From positions 1,120,001 through 1,184,000 of the forward strand of contig CAVZJB010000016.1 of assembly GCA_963775425.1 (NCBI GenBank): a DNA stretch of 64,000 nucleotides. Direction: 5' to 3'. The DNA comes from an uncultured delta proteobacterium. Lineage in GTDB: Bacteria > Myxococcota > UBA727 > VGSZ01. Position numbers and translations under genes: made by a program. Positions 1 to 10,112 of this stretch are shown here, one piece after another (within the stretch, counting starts at the first letter, position 1; every line of letters begins with the position of its first letter). The notes under the pieces are model-generated. The model saw only the letters and a list, made by a program, of their open reading frames with translations. It was not told the DNA's origin and did no database searches.

Positions 1-985
1 GGCGAGCATGCCCCGCGCCGACGGCGGCCTCTGCTTTTCGTTCGGGTCGACCAGGTCGTGTACGGCGTCGGCGACCGAGGCCGCGTCGACGAGCGGCGCG
101 CGGCCGGCGCCGTGCTTGCGCGCGAAAGCGACGACGCCGGCGTCGGCGCTGTCGAGGAAGAGGCCAGGCGCCCGATCTTGCGCCGTGGGCTCGCTCGCGG
201 CGCGGGGCGCTGCGGCAGCTCCTGCCGCCGTCGACGGCGAGGCGCCGTCGAGCATGACGACGGCGGCGACGCCCCCGCCCGCGCCCGCCCGGTGTTGGCC
301 GGGGCCGTCGAGGTCCATGCTTGTGAGCACGTCATCGACGCCGATGAGCCGGACGCCCGCGCGCCGGCCGCCGGCGACGGTGGGGGCGAGGGGCACGTCG
401 ACGGGCGCGACGTCGAGCCGGGGAACGCTGTCCCCTTCGAAGAACGCGCCTGGACCTGTCCGCGCGCCCTCGACGTTGGCGCGGGCGACGACGCCGCCGT
501 GCGCGTCGAGCGCGACGACCTCGGCGCCGCGGCGCTCCACGCGGCCGGCGACGACCTCTCCGCTCGAAAGAATCGACGAGCGCGGCGTCGGTGGGCCGCC
601 GCGGCTGGGCGTAGCGCAACAGATCGATGAGCAGCGCGCGCGGCCCGGCGGCGACGCGCGCGTCGCCGGACTCGACGACGGCGCCGTGGAGCGACACGTC
701 GCGCTCCTGGCCGCGACGGTAGCGAGCCGACAGCGCGAAGCCCTCGTCGTCGAGGACGGCGGACAGGCGCGTGCGCACGCCGGAGGTGAAGCGCTCGCGG
801 CGCTCCACGCGCGCGCCGTCGACGTCGTCGTCGACGAAGGCGACCCGCTCGCCGCGAAAGAACAACGTGGCGGTGTGCGTGGTGGCCGCGCGGTGACAAC
901 CCGCGAGCCCTGCCGTGAGACCGGCCGCGAGGCCGAGCCCGAGCAGCGCGCGCGCGACGCCGGCGCGCCCGCCCGCGGGGATCAC
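1..985 (-). CDS. Putative lipoprotein, possibly transglutaminase-like (runs off the left edge; +1 frameshift at 570-574)
   Basis: GTG at 985 overlaps the sfsA stop. Lipobox-like LAGC. Removing one base at GAATC 570-574 joins ...DAALVD to LSSGEVVAGRVERR...FLDSADAGVVAFARKHG...VADAVHDLVD...PPSARGMLA, which resembles the region preceding a transglutaminase catalytic Cys. The catalytic site lies outside the window. Confidence 0.5.
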
Positions 986-1692
986 GACAGCTCCACGGGC
1001 AGCCGGCCGGCAAACGAGAGCCCCCGCGCGTCGACGGCGCACGAGACGCACAGCACCTCGACGCCCGCGCGCGCCGCGCTCCTGAGCGCGCGCGCGTACG
1101 CCGGGTCGATGTGCCGGGCGGGGCCGAACGCCGAGACGCCGGAGCGCTTGTTCACGTAGAGCATCGCGGCGCGCCGGCCCGCGCGGGCGAGCCGCGCGAG
1201 CGCGTCGAGGTGCTTCTTGCCGCGCGTGGTCACGGCGTCGGGGAAGAGCGCCCGCCGCCCCTCCGCGAGCGTGACGCTCTTCACCTCGACGAAGCAGGCG
1301 CCCGGCTCGAGGCAGAGATCGAAGCGCGAGTGGGAGCGCGGCGACGGCGACACCTCCCGCCGCACCTCGTCGTAGCCGCGCAGCTCCTCGACGAGGCCCT
1401 GGGCGACGGCGCTCGCGGCGAACGCGTTGGCGGCGCCCGTGTTGACGCTCACCCAGTGGCCGCCGGCGCGGACCGCCTCGAGCTCGTACAGGAGCTTGCG
1501 CTTGGTGCCGTCGTGGCGCGTGAGCAGCACGGGCGCGCCCTCGTCGACGAGGCCGGTCATCGCGCCCGTGTTGGCGGTGTGGGCGACCACGGTGGCGCCG
1601 CCGTCGAGGGCGACGTCGACGAAGAACCGCTTGTACCGCCGGATGAGGCGGCCGGTGACGACGGGGCGCTCGAAGGGGACGAGGAGGGTCAT
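982..1692 (-). CDS. sfsA: DNA/RNA nuclease SfsA
   Basis: RYKRFFVDV, AHTANTGAMTGL, SRFDL, VEVKSVTL, FPDAVTTRGKKHL and IDPAYA motifs. Confidence 0.95.
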   Translation of the reverse strand: MTLLVPFERPVVTGRLIRRYKRFFVDVALDGGATVVAHTANTGAMTGLVDEGAPVLLTRHDGTKRKLLYELEAVRAGGHWVSVNTGAANAFAASAVAQGLVEELRGYDEVRREVSPSPRSHSRFDLCLEPGACFVEVKSVTLAEGRRALFPDAVTTRGKKHLDALARLARAGRRAAMLYVNKRSGVSAFGPARHIDPAYARALRSAARAGVEVLCVSCAVDARGLSFAGRLPVELS

Positions 1693-1718
1693 CGGCGTTC
1701 GGTGCTAGCCTCTACGCT

Positions 1719-2741
1719 ATGGCGACTCTCGCTCTGGACGTCCAGGGAGGCGATCTCGCGCCGGAGGCGCCCCTGTCCGCGGCGGCGCACTTCTCGACGC
1801 GCGCCGGCTGCCCCAGGCTGCTGCTCGTCGGTGACGCCGACCACATCCGCGGCGCGTTGGCGTCGCTGGAGCACGATCCGAGGCTCCTGGAGATCGTCCC
1901 CGCGTCGCAGGCGGTGGCCATGGACGCCGACCCGCGCGAGGCGCTCGACGCGATGCCGGACGCGAGCGTCCTGGTCGCCGCGCGCCTGGTGCGTGACGGC
2001 GAGGCCGACGCGCTCGTCTCCGCCGGCAACACCGGCGCCGTCGTGCTCGCGTGCGCGCGCACATGGAAGCGGCTGCCGGGTGTCAGCCGGTGCGCGCTCG
2101 GCGCCGTCTATCCCACCGAGTCGCGCCGCGGAGAGAAGCAGGACCCGTTCAGCCTCATCCTCGACGCCGGCCTCACGCTCGACGTCACGGCCGAGGACCT
2201 CGTGGGCTTCGCCGTCATGGGCTCCGCGTACGCGCAGCGCATCTCGAAGAACCACGAGCCGCGCGTGGCGCTGTTGAGCAACGGCACCGAGGCGGGCAAG
2301 GGCCTCGACTGCATCGTCGACGCCCACGCGCGCCTGAAGACGCTGCCGGGCATTCGCTTCATCGGCAACGTCGAGGGCATCGACATCGCCAAGGGCACGG
2401 CCGACGTCGTCGTCACCGGCGGCTTCACGGGCAACATCGTCATCAAGATGCTCGAAGGGGTCGCGGAGACGATGCAGTCGCTCCTGCGCTCCGCGTTCGA
2501 TCAGAGTCTGGTGAACAAGGCCGGGCTCGCGCTCCTCGCCCCGGCGTTGCGCGAGCTCAAGAAGACCACCGACTGGGAGCAGTACGGCGGCGCGCCCATC
2601 CTCGGCTTCGATCGCTTGTGCATCAAGGCGCATGGGCGGTCCTCGCCGCGCGCGATCAAGAACGCCCTCAAAGTGGCGGACCGCGCCGTCTCGACCGGGC
2701 TCGTCGACGCGATCGCGGCCGGCATCCGCTATTCTTCCTGA
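1719..2741 (+). CDS. plsX: Phosphate acyltransferase PlsX
   Basis: ALDVQGGDLAP, VSAGNTGA, FIGNVEG, GFTGNIVIKMLEG, YGGAPILG and KAHGRS motifs. Confidence 0.95.
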   Translation: MATLALDVQGGDLAPEAPLSAAAHFSTRAGCPRLLLVGDADHIRGALASLEHDPRLLEIVPASQAVAMDADPREALDAMPDASVLVAARLVRDGEADALVSAGNTGAVVLACARTWKRLPGVSRCALGAVYPTESRRGEKQDPFSLILDAGLTLDVTAEDLVGFAVMGSAYAQRISKNHEPRVALLSNGTEAGKGLDCIVDAHARLKTLPGIRFIGNVEGIDIAKGTADVVVTGGFTGNIVIKMLEGVAETMQSLLRSAFDQSLVNKAGLALLAPALRELKKTTDWEQYGGAPILGFDRLCIKAHGRSSPRAIKNALKVADRAVSTGLVDAIAAGIRYSS

Positions 2742-2742
2742 C

Positions 2743-3609
<867 letters not shown>

Positions 3610-3610
3610 G

Positions 3611-5176
3611 TCAATCGACGCCGCAGTCGCGCAGGCACTTGTCCACGAACGGGGCGATCAGCGTGCCCCCCGACGCGCGCACGTTGCGGACGGTGTCCGT
3701 ACACTTCTGGTGGCAGTGCGCGAGCGCCGCGACCTTTCGCTGCAACGACCAGTGGACCCACGAGGGCCGATGCGCGCGGTGGCGCGCCCGGTGGCGGACG
3801 GCGTGCGCGGGCGCCGCCTGACCTTCGCCGGCGTCCACGGTCCCCGCCCCGTCCGTCGCCCCGTCCGTCGCCCCGTCCGTCGCCCCGTCCGTCGCGTCGT
3901 CCGTCGCCCCGTCTGTCGCTGCCCGCGCGTCCCCCGCGTCCATCGCGCCCGGCGCGTCACGGGCCGCCGGCGCATCGACCGGCGCCGGCCGCTGGCCGAG
4001 CGCGGCGGGAGGCGCGCGGACCAGAGCGTGAATGGCGACGCCGCCGGCGACCGCGAGGAGCGCCGCGGCCGCGACGCCCGCGAGCAGCGCCGTGCGACGG
4101 CTCCGGTCGGGCTGCGCCGCGGCGTGCCGAGCGGTGACGCCGGTCTCCGCGTCGGCGCCGCCGTCCGCCACGAGCTCGGGCATGATCTTCAACGCGAGCT
4201 CGGCGAGCGCACGCACCGTCTTTTCCGATTGCTCGAGATCGTTCGCGAGCGACGAGCGCACGAAGGCGCGCAGCGTGCCGCGCGTGGCCTCGGGGTAGCG
4301 CTCCGCGAGCAGCGCGCGCAGCGACGCCGCCATCGCGGCGCAGGAGGCGAAGCGCGCGCCCGCGTGCGGCTGCAGCGCGCGCGCGACGACGGCGCGCAGG
4401 TCCGGATCGAGCGTGTCGAGCTTGTCCGGCTGAAAGCCCCTGCCCGCGACAGACCAGATCTCCGGCTGGGCTCGTGCGCCGTAGAAGCGGTCACCGGTGA
4501 GCATCTCGTACAGGAGGATCCCCACCGAGTATTGGTCGGAGGCGCCGTCGAGGGCGCTGCCCCGCGCCTGCTCCGGCGACATGTACGCGATCTTTCCGAG
4601 CACCACCTTGGTCTCGGTCTGCTCCACCTTCAGCTCGCTCTGGGCGAGGCCGAAGTCGATGAGCTTCACCTCGCCCTCGAGCGAGATCATCACGTTCTGC
4701 GGGGAGACATCCCGATGCACGACGCGCAGCGGGCGCCCCGTGAGCGCGTGCTTGTGATGATGCGCGCAGTCGAGCCCCTCGAGGACCTCGGCGGCGATGA
4801 AGAGCGCCGCCGACGCAGGCAGCGCCGTCTTGTTGTGCTTGAGCGCGGCCGCCAGCCGGCGGAGGTTGATGCCCTGGATGTGCTCCATGGCGAAGAAGTG
4901 CACGCCGTCGACGCAGCCCACCTTGAACACCTGGCAGATGTTCGGGTGCTGGAGCTGGATGACGATGCGCGCCTCGTCGAGGAAGCGGTTGATGTAGCCG
5001 GGGTCGGTGGCGAGGTCCTGCCGCAGCGTCTTCACGACGACGAGCCGCACCGCGCCCGACACGCCCATGGTGCTCGCAAGGAAGACGTCGCCCATGCCGC
5101 CCTGCGCGATGGGGCTCAGCAAGACGTACGACCCAAAACGGCGCGGAAACCCGGGGGGCGCGGGGCTCGTCTCCAC
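3611..5176 (-). CDS. Membrane Ser/Thr protein kinase
   Basis: IAQGGMGDVF, VVKT, HRDVSPQN, DFG and YMSPEQ motifs; TM helix LLAGVAAAALLAVAGGVAI. Start set at GTG 5176 (alternative 5188). The ORF track's 5962 start overlaps the opposite-strand gene. Confidence 0.9.
   Translation of the reverse strand: METSPAPPGFPRRFGSYVLLSPIAQGGMGDVFLASTMGVSGAVRLVVVKTLRQDLATDPGYINRFLDEARIVIQLQHPNICQVFKVGCVDGVHFFAMEHIQGINLRRLAAALKHNKTALPASAALFIAAEVLEGLDCAHHHKHALTGRPLRVVHRDVSPQNVMISLEGEVKLIDFGLAQSELKVEQTETKVVLGKIAYMSPEQARGSALDGASDQYSVGILLYEMLTGDRFYGARAQPEIWSVAGRGFQPDKLDTLDPDLRAVVARALQPHAGARFASCAAMAASLRALLAERYPEATRGTLRAFVRSSLANDLEQSEKTVRALAELALKIMPELVADGGADAETGVTARHAAAQPDRSRRTALLAGVAAAALLAVAGGVAIHALVRAPPAALGQRPAPVDAPAARDAPGAMDAGDARAATDGATDDATDGATDGATDGATDGAGTVDAGEGQAAPAHAVRHRARHRAHRPSWVHWSLQRKVAALAHCHQKCTDTVRNVRASGGTLIAPFVDKCLRDCGVD
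3849..3920 (-). repeat. 12-nt tandem repeat encoding (ATDG/ATDD)x6 in the kinase extracytoplasmic stalk
   Basis: CCGTCCGTCGCC units visible in the sequence. Confidence 0.85.
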
Positions 5177-5212
5177 GGTCGAGTACACTAGCGCGACGTG
5201 CGTGTCGGAGCG

Positions 5213-6275
5213 GTGGCCCTCGCAAGGAATCTCGTCGGGATTGCAGTGGCGCTCGTCGTCTGCGCCGGAGCCCGCGCCTCCGCCGAGGAGCGGATCGCGC
5301 TCTTGCCGCTCGTCGCCGAAGGGCTCGCCGCCGACGAGATCGGCGGCGTGGACGCCGTGGTGCAGCGCGCCGTCGAGGCGCACTTTGCGCGCCGCGCCAT
5401 CCCCCACGCCACCGTCGTGAAGCGGCTCGAGCGGGGGGGCGCGCGCGGCGTGCGCTGCGATCGTTCGGAATCCCACGTGCACCGCCCAGCTCGGTGCGCT
5501 GTGCGAGGCCGACGTCGTGCTCGTCGCCACCTTTAGCGCGCAGGGCGCCGGAGGCTCCCTCGCCATGCGGCTCGTCGACGTCGCCCACGCGAGCGAGCTC
5601 GCATCGGCACGCGCGCCGGTGGGCGATCGCTTCACCGTACGCGACGTCGACGCGGTGCTCACCGCGCTCGACGCGCCCGCCGCGCGCGCGACGCAACTGG
5701 AGGTGCGCGGGCCGGCGGGCGCGGCGCTCGTCGTCGACGGTGAGCCGAGCGGGACCCTCCCTGCGACGCTCACCGAGCTCTCGCCCGGAAAGCACGGCGT
5801 CACCGTAGGCAGCTTCGAGGCGTCGGTGGAGGTGCACCCGGGCGAGCGTCCCGTCGTCGACGTCCCCGCCACCGCGGTGCCCTCGACGAGCGCGGACCCG
5901 CCTGCGCTCAAGGAGGCCGCGCGAGCGCCGGGCCGGCCGGCGCCCGCGGCGGCGGACACCACGCCCCTCGGGTTCTACGCCGTCGGCGGAGGCGCCGGTG
6001 CCGGCGCGCTCGGCGCCGTCGCCGTGATGGTCGGCCTCGTCCCGCTCCTCACCGCGCAGAGCGCGGCGGCGAACCTGGCGCAGCTCGAGGGCGCCGCGCG
6101 CAGCGACGCCTCGAGCGCCGACGCCAACCGCGCGGCCATCGCCTCCGCGCACCGCGTCGCCGAGGAGAACCTCGCCGCGTGGCACGCCTGGGGCCTGCCG
6201 CTCACCGCGGTGGGCGTCCTCACCGCGAGCGCGGGCTTTGTCGCCGCGGGCGTCGGCCTCGTCGTCTGGGAGTGA
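5213..6275 (+). CDS. PEGA-domain membrane protein (+1 frameshift at 5468-5472)
   Basis: GGAG RBS with GTG 5213; signal peptide ending ARASA-EERIALLPL. Removing one A at GAATC gives CDRSDPTCTAQLGALCEADVVLV, joining ORFs 5198..5536 and 5517..6275. PEGA motif GPAGAALVVDG...LSPGKHGVTV; two C-terminal TM segments. Confidence 0.8.
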
Positions 6276-6277
6276 GC

Positions 6278-8014
6278 TCAGCGCGCGAGCGCGGGGTGTC
6301 CGTCGACGCGCATCTGCAGCACGAAGTAGGGCGGCAGGCACACGCCGCCGCCGGCGCAGATGTAGTCGGGGCGGCAGGGATCGTGCGGACCGCATGCGCG
6401 CAGCGCCGCGGGCGTGACGTGTTGGGCGCAGCTCGAGAACAGCTCGCCGCGGGCGAGGCAGGCGTTGAAGGGACCGAGGACGGCGATGCCGCCGCAGCGG
6501 GCGTGTGACGCGGAGTCGCCGCACGACGCCGCGCACATGCCACCGGGGAACCCGACGTCGACGCCCTCGCACACGCCGCCGCCGCAGGCGACGTTGGTGG
6601 AGCGCGCGATGCGATCGCGCGTGAAGGAGACGACGCCCGGGCGGCACGCGCTCCCCGGCGCGGGGGCGTCGGGCATGCACTGGCCGACGACGTCGTCGTC
6701 GACCGCCGTGCAATGAAGACCCGAGGCGCAGCTCCAGGCGGCGAAGCCGGCGTCGCCGAGCCCGCAACTGTCGCCGAAGCCGCCGCGGGCAAGCTCGTGC
6801 TCCGGCGGTGCGCGGCGCTCAAGGGCGGCGCCGCCGGCGGCGACGGCGTCCGCGTACGCGCGGCGCCGCGGGAGGTCCTCCTCGAGGTGCGGCGAGATGC
6901 CGACGGCGACGCCGTCGACGCTGCCGCCGGCGCGCTCCTCGCCGACGATGTGGAACCCGGCGAGCGAGCGGCTCTGGTGACAACCCATGCACGTGAGCCC
7001 GTCGAGCCTGCGCACGAGCGCGGCGGGCGTGGCGATGGTGGACGCCGCCGGGAGCGGCCCGAGCGCCTTGAGGGTCCGCGCGTCGAGGAGGCGGGTCCAC
7101 GGGCGGTTCTGCGGGCGGGCGAGGCCGCGCGGCGTGACGCTCACGGCGCGGCGCGCGAGGAACTTCTCGGGGACCACCAGCGTGCCGCGGTCGACGTCGT
7201 CGAGGTGCCCCCGCAGAAACGCCGTGAGCTCGGCCTTCAGCGCGGGGCTCTTCATCAGCTTGTCGACGTCGGGCGTGTCCTCGAGGGGAGCCTCGACGAG
7301 GCGGCCGCCCTTCGGGTGGAACACACGCAGCACGTAGTCCGCGTGGCCGCCGAGGTCGGGACGCACGGTGGAGGGCCAGCGCGCGGTCTGCGCGTTGATC
7401 TCGACGGCGAGGAGCGCGTCCTTCGACGCGAGCGCGCGCGCATCGTCGACGGCGAGCGGCGCGGCGAAGCGCGCGAGCACCTGGCGGCAGCCGGCGTGGT
7501 CGGCGGGGAGGCGGAACACCACGTTGAGGGTGGCGGGCAGCCGCGAGGAGAACGCGCCGCTCCTGGTGTGAGCCGTGTAGGCGAGGCGGTAGATGAAGCG
7601 CGCCTCGCCGCAGGTGCCCGGGAGGAACGCGCGGCGGTCGACGCGGTTGACGACGGCCGTGAGCTGCCAGCGCGTGTCCGGCGAGACCAGCCAGCGCCGG
7701 TCGAAGCCGCGATGCGTGAAGCGCATCCCGGGGCCCCAGGCGCGGTCCTTCCGGTACAGCTCGCGGAGGTCGCGGCCGAGCGTGTCGACGACGTCGAGGT
7801 AGGCGCGATCGTGGGAGAGCGCCGCGTTGTCGCGCGCGGCCGGGGTGGCGAAGGCGACGGCGCCGGCGCGCAGGCCGGCGTCCTCGAGCGCGGCGAGCGC
7901 GGCGGGCTCGGTGACGAGGAGGACGGGCGCCGGCGGCGACGGCGCGGCGACCGAGCGAGCGCCGTCGACGAGCGCGAGCGCCGCGCACACGAGGACGAGC
8001 GGGGCGCGCGTCAC
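6278..8014 (-). CDS. Secreted hypothetical protein with one CxxCH motif and a Cys-rich C-terminal domain
   Basis: Signal peptide; LTCMGCHQSRSLAGFH; many Cys in the last ~170 aa, ending CLPPYFVLQMRVDGHP. Confidence 0.75.
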   Translation of the reverse strand: MTRAPLVLVCAALALVDGARSVAAPSPPAPVLLVTEPAALAALEDAGLRAGAVAFATPAARDNAALSHDRAYLDVVDTLGRDLRELYRKDRAWGPGMRFTHRGFDRRWLVSPDTRWQLTAVVNRVDRRAFLPGTCGEARFIYRLAYTAHTRSGAFSSRLPATLNVVFRLPADHAGCRQVLARFAAPLAVDDARALASKDALLAVEINAQTARWPSTVRPDLGGHADYVLRVFHPKGGRLVEAPLEDTPDVDKLMKSPALKAELTAFLRGHLDDVDRGTLVVPEKFLARRAVSVTPRGLARPQNRPWTRLLDARTLKALGPLPAASTIATPAALVRRLDGLTCMGCHQSRSLAGFHIVGEERAGGSVDGVAVGISPHLEEDLPRRRAYADAVAAGGAALERRAPPEHELARGGFGDSCGLGDAGFAAWSCASGLHCTAVDDDVVGQCMPDAPAPGSACRPGVVSFTRDRIARSTNVACGGGVCEGVDVGFPGGMCAASCGDSASHARCGGIAVLGPFNACLARGELFSSCAQHVTPAALRACGPHDPCRPDYICAGGGVCLPPYFVLQMRVDGHPALAR

Positions 8015-9270
8015 CGAGCGAGCTCCGGGAGGACCTTGAGGACCTCGACGAAGGCCTCGGGGAAGCCCTGCTCGTCGACGGGCGGCGCGGCGCTCCAGGC
8101 CCGTGCGCTCGCGGCGAGATCGGCGCCGGAGAGCGTGCGCTGCGCGAGCGCGGGGGCGCGGAGCGACGCGATGAAGCGATCGACGACGACGCCGCCCTCG
8201 TCGGCGTGCAGGAAGACGCCGGCGCCGGGGACGATGTCCGCTGCGGGATCGAGGATGCGGCTGGCGAGGGCGTCGCGGGCGTCGGGGCCGGCGCCGTCGA
8301 GGACGGCGATGACGCCGAGCGCGTCACGGCGGACCTCGACGACGAGCGCGCGCCGCGCGGCGTCCGTGGCGAGGCCGGTGGCGGCGGCGGCGGACGCGAG
8401 GAAGACGGGGTCGGCGCTTTGGGCGGACGCGGCGCGGACGACGCGGAGCGCGCGCGCGGCGCGGGCGCGGCCGCCGTCGCGATCGGCGACGACGTCCGGC
8501 AGGAGCGTGACGTCGCTGGCGACGGGGCCGAGCAGCGGCGCGGTGGCGGCGAGGGCGGCGTCGACGAGCTTGCGCAGCGCGCGCTCGTCGAGGCCGACGC
8601 GGCGCGCGAGCAATTCGCCGCGCGACACGCCCGCGCGCTTGGCCGCGTCGACGACGACGGCGCGCTCCTCGGCGTCGACGCCGGCGGCGGCGGCGAGCGC
8701 CGGGCGCGCCGCGGCGAGCCACCGGCGGCGATCACCGCGCCTGGCGGAGGAGGCGAGGGCCTCGGCGTCGTCGAGCAGGAACACGCTGCCTCCTTCGACG
8801 AAGGTGAACGCGCGGCGGCGCGCGTCCCTCTCCGCGGCGCCGGCGGCGAGCGCGTCCTCGATCACGGCGCGCGCGAGGGAAGACTGCACCGCGCGCTCGG
8901 CGGGGGCGCGGGCGCGCGTGACGAGGGCCGCGGCGAGCGCCTCGTCGTCGACGGCGATGGGCGCCGGGCGCGCGCAGCGATGAGCGTCGGCGCAGGCGAG
9001 CGCGGCGCGAACGCGGGCGGCGTCGCGCGCCTGGACGGCGCCCGCGAAGCCGCTGACGTCGGCGCGCGCGACCGTCGTCTCTTCGACCGGCGCCGGGCCC
9101 GCGGCGCCCCGGGGGACGCCCGCGGGCTGCGGCGCGCGCGTCGCCACCGCCGCCGCGAGCTGGACGGGCGCGGCGACCCGAGGTGCCGCGCACGCGGCGA
9201 GGAGGCCGGCCGCGACGAGGCCGAGCGGCGGGAGCGCGGCGCACCACGACGGGGAGCGAGCGGCGGTCAC
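8011..9270 (-). CDS. Hypothetical lipoprotein (possible degenerate M3-peptidase-like helical fold)
   Basis: GTG 9270 in GTGA overlap with the upstream gene; lipobox LLAAC; Ala-rich helices; no HExxH. Confidence 0.55.
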   Translation of the reverse strand: MTAARSPSWCAALPPLGLVAAGLLAACAAPRVAAPVQLAAAVATRAPQPAGVPRGAAGPAPVEETTVARADVSGFAGAVQARDAARVRAALACADAHRCARPAPIAVDDEALAAALVTRARAPAERAVQSSLARAVIEDALAAGAAERDARRRAFTFVEGGSVFLLDDAEALASSARRGDRRRWLAAARPALAAAAGVDAEERAVVVDAAKRAGVSRGELLARRVGLDERALRKLVDAALAATAPLLGPVASDVTLLPDVVADRDGGRARAARALRVVRAASAQSADPVFLASAAAATGLATDAARRALVVEVRRDALGVIAVLDGAGPDARDALASRILDPAADIVPGAGVFLHADEGGVVVDRFIASLRAPALAQRTLSGADLAASARAWSAAPPVDEQGFPEAFVEVLKVLPELAR

Positions 9271-10094
9271 TGCGGCGCCCCGACATCGTCGACGTCGTCG
9301 ACGCCGTCGACGTCTGACTCGTTCGCCGCGGCCTCGGGGGGCACCAGAGCGACGACCGCGGCGTCCACGCGGCCGGCGAGCCAGCCGGCGCTCGCGAGCA
9401 GGTGGCGCGCGCCGCCGCCGCGCCGGCGCAGGACCGACAACACGCTCGATCCCGCGGTCACGAAGATCCGCCGCGCCCCTTGCGCGACCAGCGCCCGGGC
9501 GACGGCGACACCATCGGTGGCGTCGAGCCCGCCGGGAGCGAGCTCTTCGACCGTGAGCAGCACGTCGACCGCGCCGCACGCGCGGTGCACCGCCAGCACG
9601 CGCTCGACGCGCGCGGCGTCGTCGAGCTGCGGCGCCGTGCGCGGCGACAGCGTCGCCTGCAGCAGGCCGTCGTCCGCGATCGCCAGGGCGCACGGGACCC
9701 CTCGCAGCGCGCAGAGCGCGGCCGCCGCCCCGAAGCGCTCCTCGACGCGTCGCCAGCCTTCGTCGTCGAGCGCAAGCGGGCGCCGGCCGCTCTTGGCGTC
9801 CGGGACGTCGCTCGGCCCCACCGCGCGCTCCTCGCTCCACCATGACGCGGCCGGTCCCGCGTGCTCGAGCACCGCCACCGCGCCGACGCCTCCGGCCCGC
9901 AGCGCGGCCAGCGCGTCCGCGACGGCGTCGTCGAGCACCGGCGTGTCCGCGGTCCGCCGCCCCCGCGGCTCCACGGCGACCGGCACGAGGACCGAGCGCG
10001 CTCGCTGCGCACGCAAGCGAGACAGAGGGCCGGGGCGCAGCCGCACGACGTCCTGCCTCGGGGCTTGCGCTCCGGCGTTCACTGAGCGGACCAT
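9267..10094 (-). CDS. Degenerate NADH:flavin oxidoreductase / Old Yellow Enzyme-like protein
   Basis: LEHAG...GPS...PLAL...VEERFGAAAALC...DDGLLQATLSPRT...EELAPGGL...VAVARAL follows the OYE motif order, but the HxxH/N catalytic pair is absent. Confidence 0.6.
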   Translation of the reverse strand: MVRSVNAGAQAPRQDVVRLRPGPLSRLRAQRARSVLVPVAVEPRGRRTADTPVLDDAVADALAALRAGGVGAVAVLEHAGPAASWWSEERAVGPSDVPDAKSGRRPLALDDEGWRRVEERFGAAAALCALRGVPCALAIADDGLLQATLSPRTAPQLDDAARVERVLAVHRACGAVDVLLTVEELAPGGLDATDGVAVARALVAQGARRIFVTAGSSVLSVLRRRGGGARHLLASAGWLAGRVDAAVVALVPPEAAANESDVDGVDDVDDVGAPQ

Positions 10095-10112
10095 GGCCGC
10101 CGGAGGGCGACC

